Source: a virus. Taken from it: 64,000 nt of DNA. The notes below the pieces were generated by a model. The model had not been told where the DNA came from. It saw only the letters and a list, made by a program, of their open reading frames with translations, and did not search any database. Location of the stretch: positions 23,425 to 87,424 of IMG/VR virus record IMGVR_UViG_3300031972_001405; one strand, written 5' to 3'. Numbering within the stretch: position 1 is the stretch's first letter; each line of letters opens with the position of its first letter. The position numbers and the translations under genes were made by a program. This document shows, piece by piece, positions 26,987 to 37,300 of the stretch.

Positions 26987-27398
26987 TGTCCATCTCCTTG
27001 AGCATTTTTTGTAAGTCTGCTGTTGATCCGACAAATAGTGCATTAGTAACGTTAGTTGGACCAGTTACCTTGTTATCATCATCTAAGTCTTTCACTTTCT
27101 TTTGTAAATCCATCAGTTTGTCTGTAGCATCAGACACATTTTTAATTAACTGACCAGCAACTTCATATGCTCTAGGCATCTCACTCTCACCTGCTAGTTC
27201 AAGAATACCATTGATAGCTTCTTGACCTTTTTCTATAATTGAATATAGATTGCCTCTAGTGTAATCATAATCTTTTTTAATGTGGTCAACATTATTTAAG
27301 TGCTTTTCGATTTTCACATCGACGTTCACTTTAGGTTCTGCTGGCATGATGTCAGCAGTAACGTCAAATGCATCACTCAAAGAATCAAAATCTGCCAT
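26952..27398 (-). CDS. gp16: Terminase small subunit
   Basis: DYDYTRGNLY, PRAYEVAGQLIK, NALFVGSTADLQKML. Confidence 0.95.
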   Translation of the reverse strand: MADFDSLSDAFDVTADIMPAEPKVNVDVKIEKHLNNVDHIKKDYDYTRGNLYSIIEKGQEAINGILELAGESEMPRAYEVAGQLIKNVSDATDKLMDLQKKVKDLDDDNKVTGPTNVTNALFVGSTADLQKMLKEMDNGRKGGKGSET

Positions 27399-28432
27399 CA
27401 GATGTCACCTTCCTGAGTAGAATCTTTGAAATCCTGGAAGTATGATATTGACTCATTGAATCCGAAGTCATCTCCAATTTCAATAAGAGCATCGTCAGCA
27501 GTAGTAAGAACATTGACCGTTGCTCCATTGACATGTTCAGCAGCGATAGTTCCTTCATATCCTCTCTTAACGACTAATTGATTGTTATCGATCTTCTCGA
27601 TATACATCATCTCACTATCAACTACAAATCTACCATAGGCAGACAAGGAGGATGCATCGTTGACTGTGATATATCTTTCTTCCGCAGAAAGATCTTCTGC
27701 GATAGATGTAGTGGCATCATTATCATAATCTTGAGTAGCTCTTGGTGTAACAGTATATCTGACTTCTCTTGGACCTCTTGGTGCAATTGTGGTGACATCC
27801 ACTGTTGCAGATTTGATAAGACCTGTGTCGCGACCAACAGGACCGAACAGATATGTCTTAGCAGAAAATCTAACAGTATAGATCAATGCTCTTCTTGTGG
27901 TAAAATCTCCCTCGTATTGATCGTCCATGGAAATGTTTTCCAAAATAATTGGAACATCTCTCTTTTCTCCAATCTCATCAACTAGATTAATTGTAATATT
28001 ATATTGTGGTTGAAAGAATGGTAAGATTTGTTCAATAATCTCAAGAGCATCTTCATTCGTCTTCGACATAATGCTCAGTTCAAAATTCATACTATATGGA
28101 ACAGGCATGAATGTCTTACGTGCCTTAGTTTTTTCCGATAACTTTTGGCTGATAAATGTTTGAGTTGATGTGGTTTTTCTTGCTGGGTCATATGTCATTC
28201 CATTCATCTCAAAAGACATTCTCGGAAGAGATAGAGATGTCGGAGCATTAATATTGGGATTTTGATCTAACCTTGCTAAGAACTTTTGTGTAGGTCCATA
28301 TGCCAAAGGCACCTTCAGGATACTGATTACATCTCCCGAGGAATTGGTCTTCCTAATTGTAATATTGTTAAAGAGAGTTCCGAAACCGATTACGGTTTTT
28401 CTAAAGATCTCGTGATAAAAATATTCAAACAT
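27398..28432 (-). CDS. gp15: Tail sheath stabilizer/terminator
   Basis: YFYHEIFRKTVIGFGTLFNNI, VPLAYGP.QKFLARL, QILPFFQP. Confidence 0.95.
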   Translation of the reverse strand: MFEYFYHEIFRKTVIGFGTLFNNITIRKTNSSGDVISILKVPLAYGPTQKFLARLDQNPNINAPTSLSLPRMSFEMNGMTYDPARKTTSTQTFISQKLSEKTKARKTFMPVPYSMNFELSIMSKTNEDALEIIEQILPFFQPQYNITINLVDEIGEKRDVPIILENISMDDQYEGDFTTRRALIYTVRFSAKTYLFGPVGRDTGLIKSATVDVTTIAPRGPREVRYTVTPRATQDYDNDATTSIAEDLSAEERYITVNDASSLSAYGRFVVDSEMMYIEKIDNNQLVVKRGYEGTIAAEHVNGATVNVLTTADDALIEIGDDFGFNESISYFQDFKDSTQEGDI

Positions 28433-28466
28433 GGATCTAAATTGCCTTGTGTACTATTTAACTGTT

Positions 28467-29840
28467 TTAAACTTCACCAAATGGGTTTCTTTCTGTGAAG
28501 TCCAAGAGGTTATCTGCTTCAGTTTGTATGTTATCGTTATCAGCAAATGCTAGAGTAAGATCGTCAGAGTTTTGATCTCTCATCGAATATACAGAACCAG
28601 ACTCATTTCCAGTGATAGATTCGCCAACAATAAATGAACCATTGACAATAGAAACTGAAAGTTCTTTTGTGGATGCATTCCAAGTTTTAACTCTTCCAGT
28701 TGTTCCAGAAGTTCCACCAGTGACAATTTCATTGAAGATATAACTTCCAGAACCAACCAGTGGCGGCGCAGAGATTGTAATTATTGGAGATGTTGTGTAT
28801 CCAATACCAGCATTAGAAAGTCTGATTCCACTAATAGTTCCAGCAGCACTGACGATTGCAGTTCCGATTGCAGTACTTCCAGAAAGAGGTGCAGAGAAGG
28901 TAATAGTCGGTGGACTATCTGCAGAGTATGCAGCACCACCACTGGAGACAGTAATAATTCCAACACCACCAGTAGTGGCAAGTCCCACAGTAACAGCGAC
29001 TCCAGTTCCACCACCGCTTTGGAATACAACAGATGGAGGAACAGTATATCCAGCTCCAGGATTAGTTAACTCAACTCTATCAATTGACATTGAAGTAGAG
29101 AGTCCAGACCGATACGTTGTAATTCCAATCGCACTTGCTGTGATACCAGTAGATGTGCTGATAGCAATGGTTGGTGTGCTTGTAAATCCATATCCACTAT
29201 CAAGAATGGTGATGTTTCTGATACCACCATTGGTGAAAGTTGCACTAGCGGTAGCAGTTGATCCAATACCAAATAGTGACAGAGTTTGAATATAACCAGT
29301 CTCTACCAAATTATTATCAATCTCTTCAATATTAGTATCCAAGACCTCATCTTGTGGTCTGAACAGTTCACACTTCAGAGTGTATACATATGTCTTTTGA
29401 AGTTGGTAGAAAGGATTTTCATGCTCTACAAACTTAATCTCAAACAATCTATCTCCGAGTGGGAAATAAATTAGATCACCTTCTTTTGGTCTTGACGACA
29501 ATCTAATATTACTCTGGTTCCTAATAAGTGGAGAGATATACTCTTCAAACCGTTCTCTTGAAACTGTCAGAGTTAAATCATCTGAATTCTCAATACCAAA
29601 TTTAGAAAGCAGAGTTCCTTGACCCTCATATCCATCGTAGTTTTCTACATATGCTTCAATGGGATAAGCATCAGTAAACTGAGATTCAATAACCTCTCTA
29701 ATTACGGTATTGGTTGTAATATATTTTCTGGGAATATAATGCACCTCAACACCATACATCCGCAGTTGTTCATTGACCAACTGCTGAATGAGACTTTGTT
29801 CGCCTCTTGTTCCTTGCTTGAAAAAAGGATTTAAAGCCAT
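28467..29840 (-). CDS. gp14: Neck protein
   Basis: RPKEGDLIYFP, FEIKFVEHENPFYQL, C-terminal DFTERNPFG; contains GxGYT-repeat insertions. Confidence 0.93.
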   Translation of the reverse strand: MALNPFFKQGTRGEQSLIQQLVNEQLRMYGVEVHYIPRKYITTNTVIREVIESQFTDAYPIEAYVENYDGYEGQGTLLSKFGIENSDDLTLTVSRERFEEYISPLIRNQSNIRLSSRPKEGDLIYFPLGDRLFEIKFVEHENPFYQLQKTYVYTLKCELFRPQDEVLDTNIEEIDNNLVETGYIQTLSLFGIGSTATASATFTNGGIRNITILDSGYGFTSTPTIAISTSTGITASAIGITTYRSGLSTSMSIDRVELTNPGAGYTVPPSVVFQSGGGTGVAVTVGLATTGGVGIITVSSGGAAYSADSPPTITFSAPLSGSTAIGTAIVSAAGTISGIRLSNAGIGYTTSPIITISAPPLVGSGSYIFNEIVTGGTSGTTGRVKTWNASTKELSVSIVNGSFIVGESITGNESGSVYSMRDQNSDDLTLAFADNDNIQTEADNLLDFTERNPFGEV

Positions 29841-30679
29841 TACCCGATCATGTCAAGTGGTGGAAGTTCGTAAGTATTAGACATCTTTTCCATCAAAGTG
29901 TCTAATTCTTTTTGTGCGTCATCATAGATCTGTCTTCCATTCAGTTCAATGCCTCCTGGTAGTTTTACTCCATTGAACTTAATTAAATTCTGACCCCACT
30001 GTTTTTTGATCAGAATAGTTAGATATTGCTTTAAGAATGAATCATTATAAACTCTTGTGAAAGTATTTGGATCTAACAATCTCCAACAATCAATAATCAT
30101 GTAATCTCCAGCACTAACTTCACTCCAATCCATATCAATGTAAAGTCTGTCTTGTCTTTGATTAAATCTGAAATGCTTCAACGGATTAAGTAAAAAGTCA
30201 ATATCAGATAACTTTTGCTGAACCATCGAGAAGTTCAACAAATCAAGAGAGTCAAAGAAGTAAATATCATTTAGAAATAATTGATACTTTACACTAAACA
30301 TCGATCCTGAAATGGTGGATGAAGCTTGTAATCTGAATACTTTGTTTACTCCTAAAACAGAAGATGGGACTGGAATATAATTACTGTTCTCTTCAAAAAC
30401 AAAAGATGTACTTTCACCAACAGTTTGAGTTACGGTCTCTGTTGTTACACCCACTGGCGATGTAGATCTTGCCCTTCCTCGATTAATATCATCCTGAGTA
30501 AATTGATACTTCATATATGTCTGAATCACACCATCAAAATGTCTCTCATGAAAATATTGAACTGCATCATCAACTAGGTCAGAAATCTGTTCGTCAGCGA
30601 CGTTGATTTCCAACACTGGAGCGCCTAATCTCCTTAGACAATAGTCAATTAGTTGTTGTCTAGAAGCGGGTTGAGACAT
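29840..30679 (-). CDS. gp13: Neck protein
   Basis: YCLRRLGAPVLEINV, KKQWGQNLIKF.GVKLPGG..LNG. Confidence 0.95.
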   Translation of the reverse strand: MSQPASRQQLIDYCLRRLGAPVLEINVADEQISDLVDDAVQYFHERHFDGVIQTYMKYQFTQDDINRGRARSTSPVGVTTETVTQTVGESTSFVFEENSNYIPVPSSVLGVNKVFRLQASSTISGSMFSVKYQLFLNDIYFFDSLDLLNFSMVQQKLSDIDFLLNPLKHFRFNQRQDRLYIDMDWSEVSAGDYMIIDCWRLLDPNTFTRVYNDSFLKQYLTILIKKQWGQNLIKFNGVKLPGGIELNGRQIYDDAQKELDTLMEKMSNTYELPPLDMIG

Positions 30680-30704
30680 TTTTTTTATAGTTCTCCTGTC
30701 TTAT

Positions 30705-31079
30705 TTATGGTGCAGATGAAATGCCCTGACGGACATCAATAGATCCCTCAACAATTCTATGAACCGTACTGCCAAGACTCACTAGTAAATCATAATAATA
30801 TCTGCCATCGCTTAAAGTTCTTGTATCTGTAGAAGACATAGAAACTTTAACCTTTCCATCATATGCACTTGTGAATCCTACAGTAAATGTTGCGGTAGCA
30901 GCTGCCCCAACATGTTTAGCAACCTGTGATGATCCATCATAACCTGTAAGGTCGAAAGCAGAACCAGCTGGAGTATTTACGGTAAAAACGTTTTCAAAAC
31001 TCGCACCAGTATTGATCACCAGGTTTGCATTTGGAACTGCATCGGATGCAGTGTCAAAAGTAATTGTTCTACTAGACAT
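30705..31079 (-). CDS. Small virion-associated beta protein (BppU-like)
   Basis: NLVINTGASF...DLTGY...GRYYYD...RIVEG pattern. Confidence 0.6.
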   Translation of the reverse strand: MSSRTITFDTASDAVPNANLVINTGASFENVFTVNTPAGSAFDLTGYDGSSQVAKHVGAAATATFTVGFTSAYDGKVKVSMSSTDTRTLSDGRYYYDLLVSLGSTVHRIVEGSIDVRQGISSAP

Positions 31080-31356
31080 CTTTCTTTAGTCCTTGTACTA
31101 GATCTTTAAGTAGGGATTTGATCTCACTAACATCATCTTTAAGACCGTCAACTTCGCTCTTCATTTTCTGCTGTTCTTTCTTTTGCTCCCTAACTCTATC
31201 ACCTCTTGCTATGGAAGATTTTTCCATAGCATCTCTCCATTCTCTATACTCTTGAATCGTATCTTCGTCAAAGTTGCATAAGAGACCCGTTCTTGGGTCT
31301 CTTCCCCAATTTTCTAGATTTTCAATGGGTTCGTATTCAAATGTGTCATTATGCAT
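31072..31356 (-). CDS. Hypothetical protein with a C-terminal coiled coil
   Basis: RDPRTG..., LKDDVSEIKSLLKDL; directly follows the DUF4815-like gene. Confidence 0.7.
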   Translation of the reverse strand: MHNDTFEYEPIENLENWGRDPRTGLLCNFDEDTIQEYREWRDAMEKSSIARGDRVREQKKEQQKMKSEVDGLKDDVSEIKSLLKDLVQGLKKDV

Positions 31357-31359
31357 ATG

Positions 31360-34300
31360 TTACACCAGAGCAATGATCTTCAAACCAGTGAGTCTTGGGG
31401 GATCTGCCTGATTTCTAGAAGCACACATAACCTTAATCTTAAACTGAGTGAATGGTGCTTGGTTGTCAATACTAAACTTCATCGCTTGGAATTCATCTTT
31501 TTCAGATCTAGGAACACGCTTGTCGGGCCGACCATCATTCCTCGCTTCGTCAATAATATTGCCCTTAGAATCAATATTCTTGTAACCAGGGAACAGAGTA
31601 TAAAGACCGTTGTCTTCATCACCAGGACTGATAATGTTATATGCCATTCTGATGTCTGCTCTTGATGGGAAGTATGCATCAAGTCTTACTTGAAGTGCAG
31701 TAGCAGAAGTTGGAAGATCAAGAACTTTGCTCACATAGATGAACTCATGATCATCGCGACCTTTTCCTTTGAAGACACGCTTATTACCAGCGTATCTACC
31801 GTTATAAGGTTTGTTGATGATGTTGTCAGTTATGACAACAGATGCTCTGTCAAGATCAATGACTGGAGACAGTTTGTCATCAGCACTTTCTAAAGTCACA
31901 TCCATTGTGAATGATCTCTTTCCTGGGAATTCGGTTGAGTCAAGTTTACGAACCTCATTTAGTCTAGAAGGAATCATTCTCAGAGTATCTAACTCGTTGA
32001 TAGATCCCCATTCAACTGGTTGATATCCAGCATCTTGGAATGAATTTTCATTGCCATCGATACTAGTTGCGGTAACAGATCTCATTCTTCCACTAATCTT
32101 AGTATTTGGGAATACAAGGTTATGGAAATTCGGAGTAATGGCAGAGTATGTCCAGTTCTGAGTCAGAACTCCATCTTCGCCGCCACATCTCTTACCTTTT
32201 CTAAAAGTAAGTCTTGGTAGACTAGCATTTCCACTTCTATCAACACCCTTCTTAGTAAGATCAATATCAATATCAAACCAGTTGTGATCTGATCTCATTT
32301 TAGTATTCTCACGCTGACTTCTTGAATATTGATTCGGAATGAAATCATGCAGAGTGTTAATTCTTCTCAGAGAGATGCCGTCAAGCTCATACCTGTTGAT
32401 TTCTTCACCTGCTTCATGATAGTCTCTTCTAGTATAGTCCTTACCACGAGCAGTAATACCAACTAGTTTTTGACCATCAACACCAGTGTATTCAATAACT
32501 TCATCACCAATGATTGCATAACCTGGATTGGTTGTGCTAACTCCAACTCTCTCAAATGTATTGAAGATGCCCATATTACCTTGTACGGTAATATCTTCAG
32601 TACCAATCGAGTCAACATCAAATTTGATCTTTCTTGGTCTACTATCAGGATCAAGTCCGCGTAGTCTCACTTGATTGTCTCTATCATACATGCCATGATT
32701 TCTGGCACGTATCCTGATAGTTTCTCCACCCCAGTATCTGTAATTGTTGAATGTGGAAACAGCAATTCCAGTAGCAAGAGCACTGGTGATACCAGTGGGA
32801 GTTCTGAATGAAAGAGAGGAAGCAGAACCAGTTGCACCCGTTTCTGGGATGCCATAGACATCTCCAACTCTAAGAACAATACCAGAACCAATTCCAGTTA
32901 CTCTACCTAAGAAGTCTCTACCAATCTGTCCATCACCAAGACCGCCGATAGAAGAAATACCAACTAGTTCATTTCTCTGCCAGTCTCTACCACCAGAAGT
33001 AATATCAATATTGGTAATAGAACCATCATTAACAGTCACATCACCGACAAGTTGTTCTCCTTGCCTATGTCTAATTCCCCATGCGTTAAGAGTCGTGAAT
33101 GCAACACCAACAAAAGTAGCAACACCTGATGTTGGGGTGAAACCAACACCTGCCTTGACAATGGTGACGGCAGCATCGCTTTCGATTACACCAGACTCAA
33201 CTCTATGGATAACCGCTCTGAAGTTTGGATTTGCAGGTTGTTTAATAACAACCCCCCTCTTCAAGAAACCAGTTTCAATTCCAGATAGAGGTTGTGATAG
33301 AGCAATCTTACCTGCTGCATGAAGAGTTCTGAGAGGATTCTTATCGAGAGAAACAATTCCTCTATTACCTCTGTTCAATGGAGTGTTATAGAACGTAGCA
33401 GTTCTAGGATTACTAGTATCAAACTGAGCTCTGTATAGAGTCCACTTCAGATCTTCAAGTCTGCTTGGTGTCCAGAATCCAGCTGCCTGTGATCTGAAGA
33501 GTTGACCTGTCAGTGGTTGTTGTGAAACCTTACGACGGTTTACACGACGGATCGCTCTGAGATAAACTCTTCTTCTACGTCCAGTACCTCTCTTCTCAAG
33601 TCTCAGTCTAAGACCTCTTCTGGTCTCAACAAGACGCCCACGGACACGGAACTCAGAACCTCTTGCAAGGTCTCTTCTACCAGCATCTTCAACAACTCTT
33701 GCTGTGACACCGCCAGGTCCGCGACGATTGCGAACTCTTCTGAGTCTATCTTGGAATTCTCCAGATTCCTGAACAGCAGCAGCACGAGAAGCACTAAGTC
33801 TTCTTCTTTCGCGCTTATTCAGTCTAGTGTAATCAACATAACCAGCAGTTCTTACGAATATAGACCTGCCTCTACGATCTCTGAGAACTTCATCATCTCT
33901 AATGGTAACGTCGATCTCACCCATTCTGGAGATCCAAACTCTATATCTTCTGGAGTCAGTATCGAGAACAAGAGCGTACTCTTTACCACCTTCCAGATAT
34001 ACTGGTTCTTCAAAGTCAACTTCAGTTTTATTTCTAGCATAACGAGATCTACGAATGTCATCTGGTGCAATCTCAACCCTTGTTCCAGGAACAATGGTAT
34101 CAGTTGGAATGCCATTCTCACAAGTGCGAAGTTCAGCAGTAACACTGAACCTCTTGTCCTTTCTCTGGAAGTAGAGATCGAACTTTGTTACAAAGATTCC
34201 TGGTTGCTCATCAATAGTAAATGTTTGTGCCAAAGGATCTCTGAGATAACCTCTCTTGATAAGTCTTCTACTGATAGCAAGTCTTCTTCTTTCCGCTCTA

Positions 34301-37300
34301 ATAGCAGAACGATAAAGAACTTGACCCGCTCTTCTTGCAATTCTTCGGGCAAGAATTCTATTTCTAATTTTTGCCTTTTGTCCTCTGCCACCGACTCCAA
34401 ATGTGTATGGGTTAGCAGCATTACCAGTCAGGAGGTTAATCTGTCTTCTAAGTTGCCTTCTAGCAATCTTGTATTGAGCTCTATGTCTACCAACGAAGAT
34501 TCCATTATACCATCTTGCACGGTGTCTAATGAAAGGATACAGACTAGTTCCTACTGGAGTAACCTTGTTCACTGCACCATCACACAGAACAGTATGTACT
34601 GCCTCTGTTCTTGGTCTCCTTCTCCACCTATTTCTTCTATTAGAAGAAAGTCTAAACTCAACTAGACCAGACTTGAACTTTCTGGGTTTCCATCTGGGGT
34701 TGGGAATAAAGACACTACAATCAATTACGCCGCCTCTTCTGACCTTGAGTCTTCTATGAACAACTTTGGCGATAGCACCAGAAGATTGTCCACGAAGAAC
34801 CATTCCAGCAGAAATATATCCATAGTATCTTGGATTTCTACTGCTTGCCAGAGTTCCAAGATCCACGTTCAGGAAACGAGAAGAAGAAGTATATCTCTTA
34901 GGAATAATTCTATTTCTTCCATAACCAGTTCTTCTGTAAGTAAGACCCAGTTTATACTTAGTTCCTCTGAAATTGGGATTGCGTCTCCATCTACGTGTTT
35001 GACCTGATCTGATGTTGCCATATCTATGTCTAGGATGTGCCACTCTGAACACAATCTTTGCATTTCTTCTAGGCCAACCCCACCGTCTTCTACGACGTGG
35101 CATGTAACCAACGACTCTTTCGCCAACTCTGAATACACCTCTTCTCATTCTGATTCTGAGGAGTTTCGGTGTTGTGAAACCAGTCATCTGTTTATCATTG
35201 AGATAGCACCAGACTCTTGCTCTAGGTCTCATACGAGATCCTCTCAAGCGGAAGTTTCTGCTTTGGATATATCTCGTACCTGATCCCGACGCCAAGTACT
35301 TATCCTCAATATTACTGAGGTTTCTTGCGACAGCACCTCGTAATGCTTTTCTTGCACGGAATGATGCGATTCCAGTTCTGATGATAGCTCTTTTACGTGC
35401 TCTACGAATTTGTTTTTTAGTAATTCTTCCAAGCCCACCTCTTCTTTCGTTCCACCACTTTGGAACTCTCTTTCTATAACCCTTTCTACCACCAATTGCT
35501 CTGATTCTTCTACCAAATCTCAAACGGCGACCAATCAGTTCAGTCAACCAAGATCCCCAAATAATTTCATTATAACCATACTGAGCACCAATTCCAATGG
35601 AGAGTCTCATTGCTCTGAAGTCACCATAGAGATCAGCATTTCTAACCTTAAATCTCTTTGTAGTAACCCAATTGTCGGTTCTAGGCCATACTCTCAATCT
35701 ACCAAACCAGTATGTAATCCTGAATGGATTAATTCTGACAGTTCTAGTAGCGAAAGGATTGCTCATATACTCAACTTCTTGATAGTCGAGTGTAAGAACA
35801 TCGCCAGTTCTTCTCAGACCCTCTGGAACATCTCCATCATCACTATCATCAAAGTCAACAACCTTGATATCATTCTTATCTGCTTCATCATCACTATCAT
35901 CCTCATCCAAGATAATGCCATCTTGTGACAACTGAAGGGGAAGAATTCTGGTGAAATGTTTTGGTCTCAATTCTCCTTCTTCTTTATCAATAGATGCTTT
36001 GAATTCTGGATCTTCCTGATCAGCAGTCGTGAAGTCTTGGAAAGAGTCTACAATGACACCAGCTTTTGGTCTTTCCACTTTAGGCACATCGACACCACCA
36101 CCGCCGCCAGCTGGATCATCTGCGTCTGCATTAATTAGTGCAGTGATTTTAATATTCATTGCATCCTGCTCTTCCATGAGCAGTTTGTAATAATACTCAA
36201 GATTTTTAATTCTCTTCTCAAGTTCAGCGATATCCTTCATCGTATAACGCTTATGCTCAGAAAGAGTGATCTTAGCGTCATCTACATCAAATAGATATGC
36301 TGGAAGACCAATGGCAGCAATTTCCATTGATCCGTCATCAAGACCCTCTGGCAATTCTGGATCTTCAGCAGACTGACCCTTAACAACTTGGAAGTCACCA
36401 TCTGGGGTAAGATACAATCTATCAATTCTAGACAGATAATAATCGTATGTAACTTGAATCTGCTCATCAGAAACAAGAATATTTGGAGCAGAAAGACCAG
36501 CAACAGCAAAGTTTCTGCTCTTCTGATCTAGAGGAGATAGAGTACTATTGAGATCATATGCACCAACTCTAGGACGATAATCAATAATATCACATTGTCT
36601 TACATCCTGAGTAAATCCAATTTCTTCTTTATAGAATTCTTCTGCATAACTGGAAGCAGTAATTAACTCTCCAGAATCGCCTTCTTGAATATCAAAAGTG
36701 GAGAAAATAATTGTGAGACGATTATCTGGAATGGACATTCCTCTCTGAGCCTGACCACCAGTTGCCTCAGCATCATCCGATCTAGATTCAATTCTCTCAA
36801 GAACTCCATAATTCATATAATCTCTTCTACGACCTTGATCAACTGAGTATTGATCTTTGATGTCTTTAACACCTTTAGTGAAGTCTTTGACTGCACCACG
36901 TACATCAGACTTGCTTCCTCTGATTTGCTCTCCATCACGGAGTTCTCCATCAGAGAGCATAATCACTCTAATCTCAGTTGAACTATCAATTCTAACAACA
37001 AGAGCAACTTCTTCACTAGTTTCGCCAAATAATTCTTCTCCAACGATTAGATCGCTTGTATCACTATTAGGTCCATTTAGACTATCGAATTCTAGTTTGG
37101 GTAGATCAGGATCATCTGCGTCGTTTGATTCCAAAACAGCATATACATCAACAATATCTGGTTTCAAAAGGCAGATTCTATCATCCTGAATTCTAGTTCC
37201 ATATGCATAGTTTGGATCATAAATCAAACCATCATTCAAAGTAGTGCTACCAATACCAGATGAAGGATTGCTAGATCTATTGATTGTGAGAATATTAACT

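Noticed and set aside
33751-34665. 304-aa Ser-rich plus-strand ORF
   Set aside because: Mirror of the AGA-rich (Arg) segment of the 2772-aa gene, since AGA reads as TCT (Ser) on the other strand.
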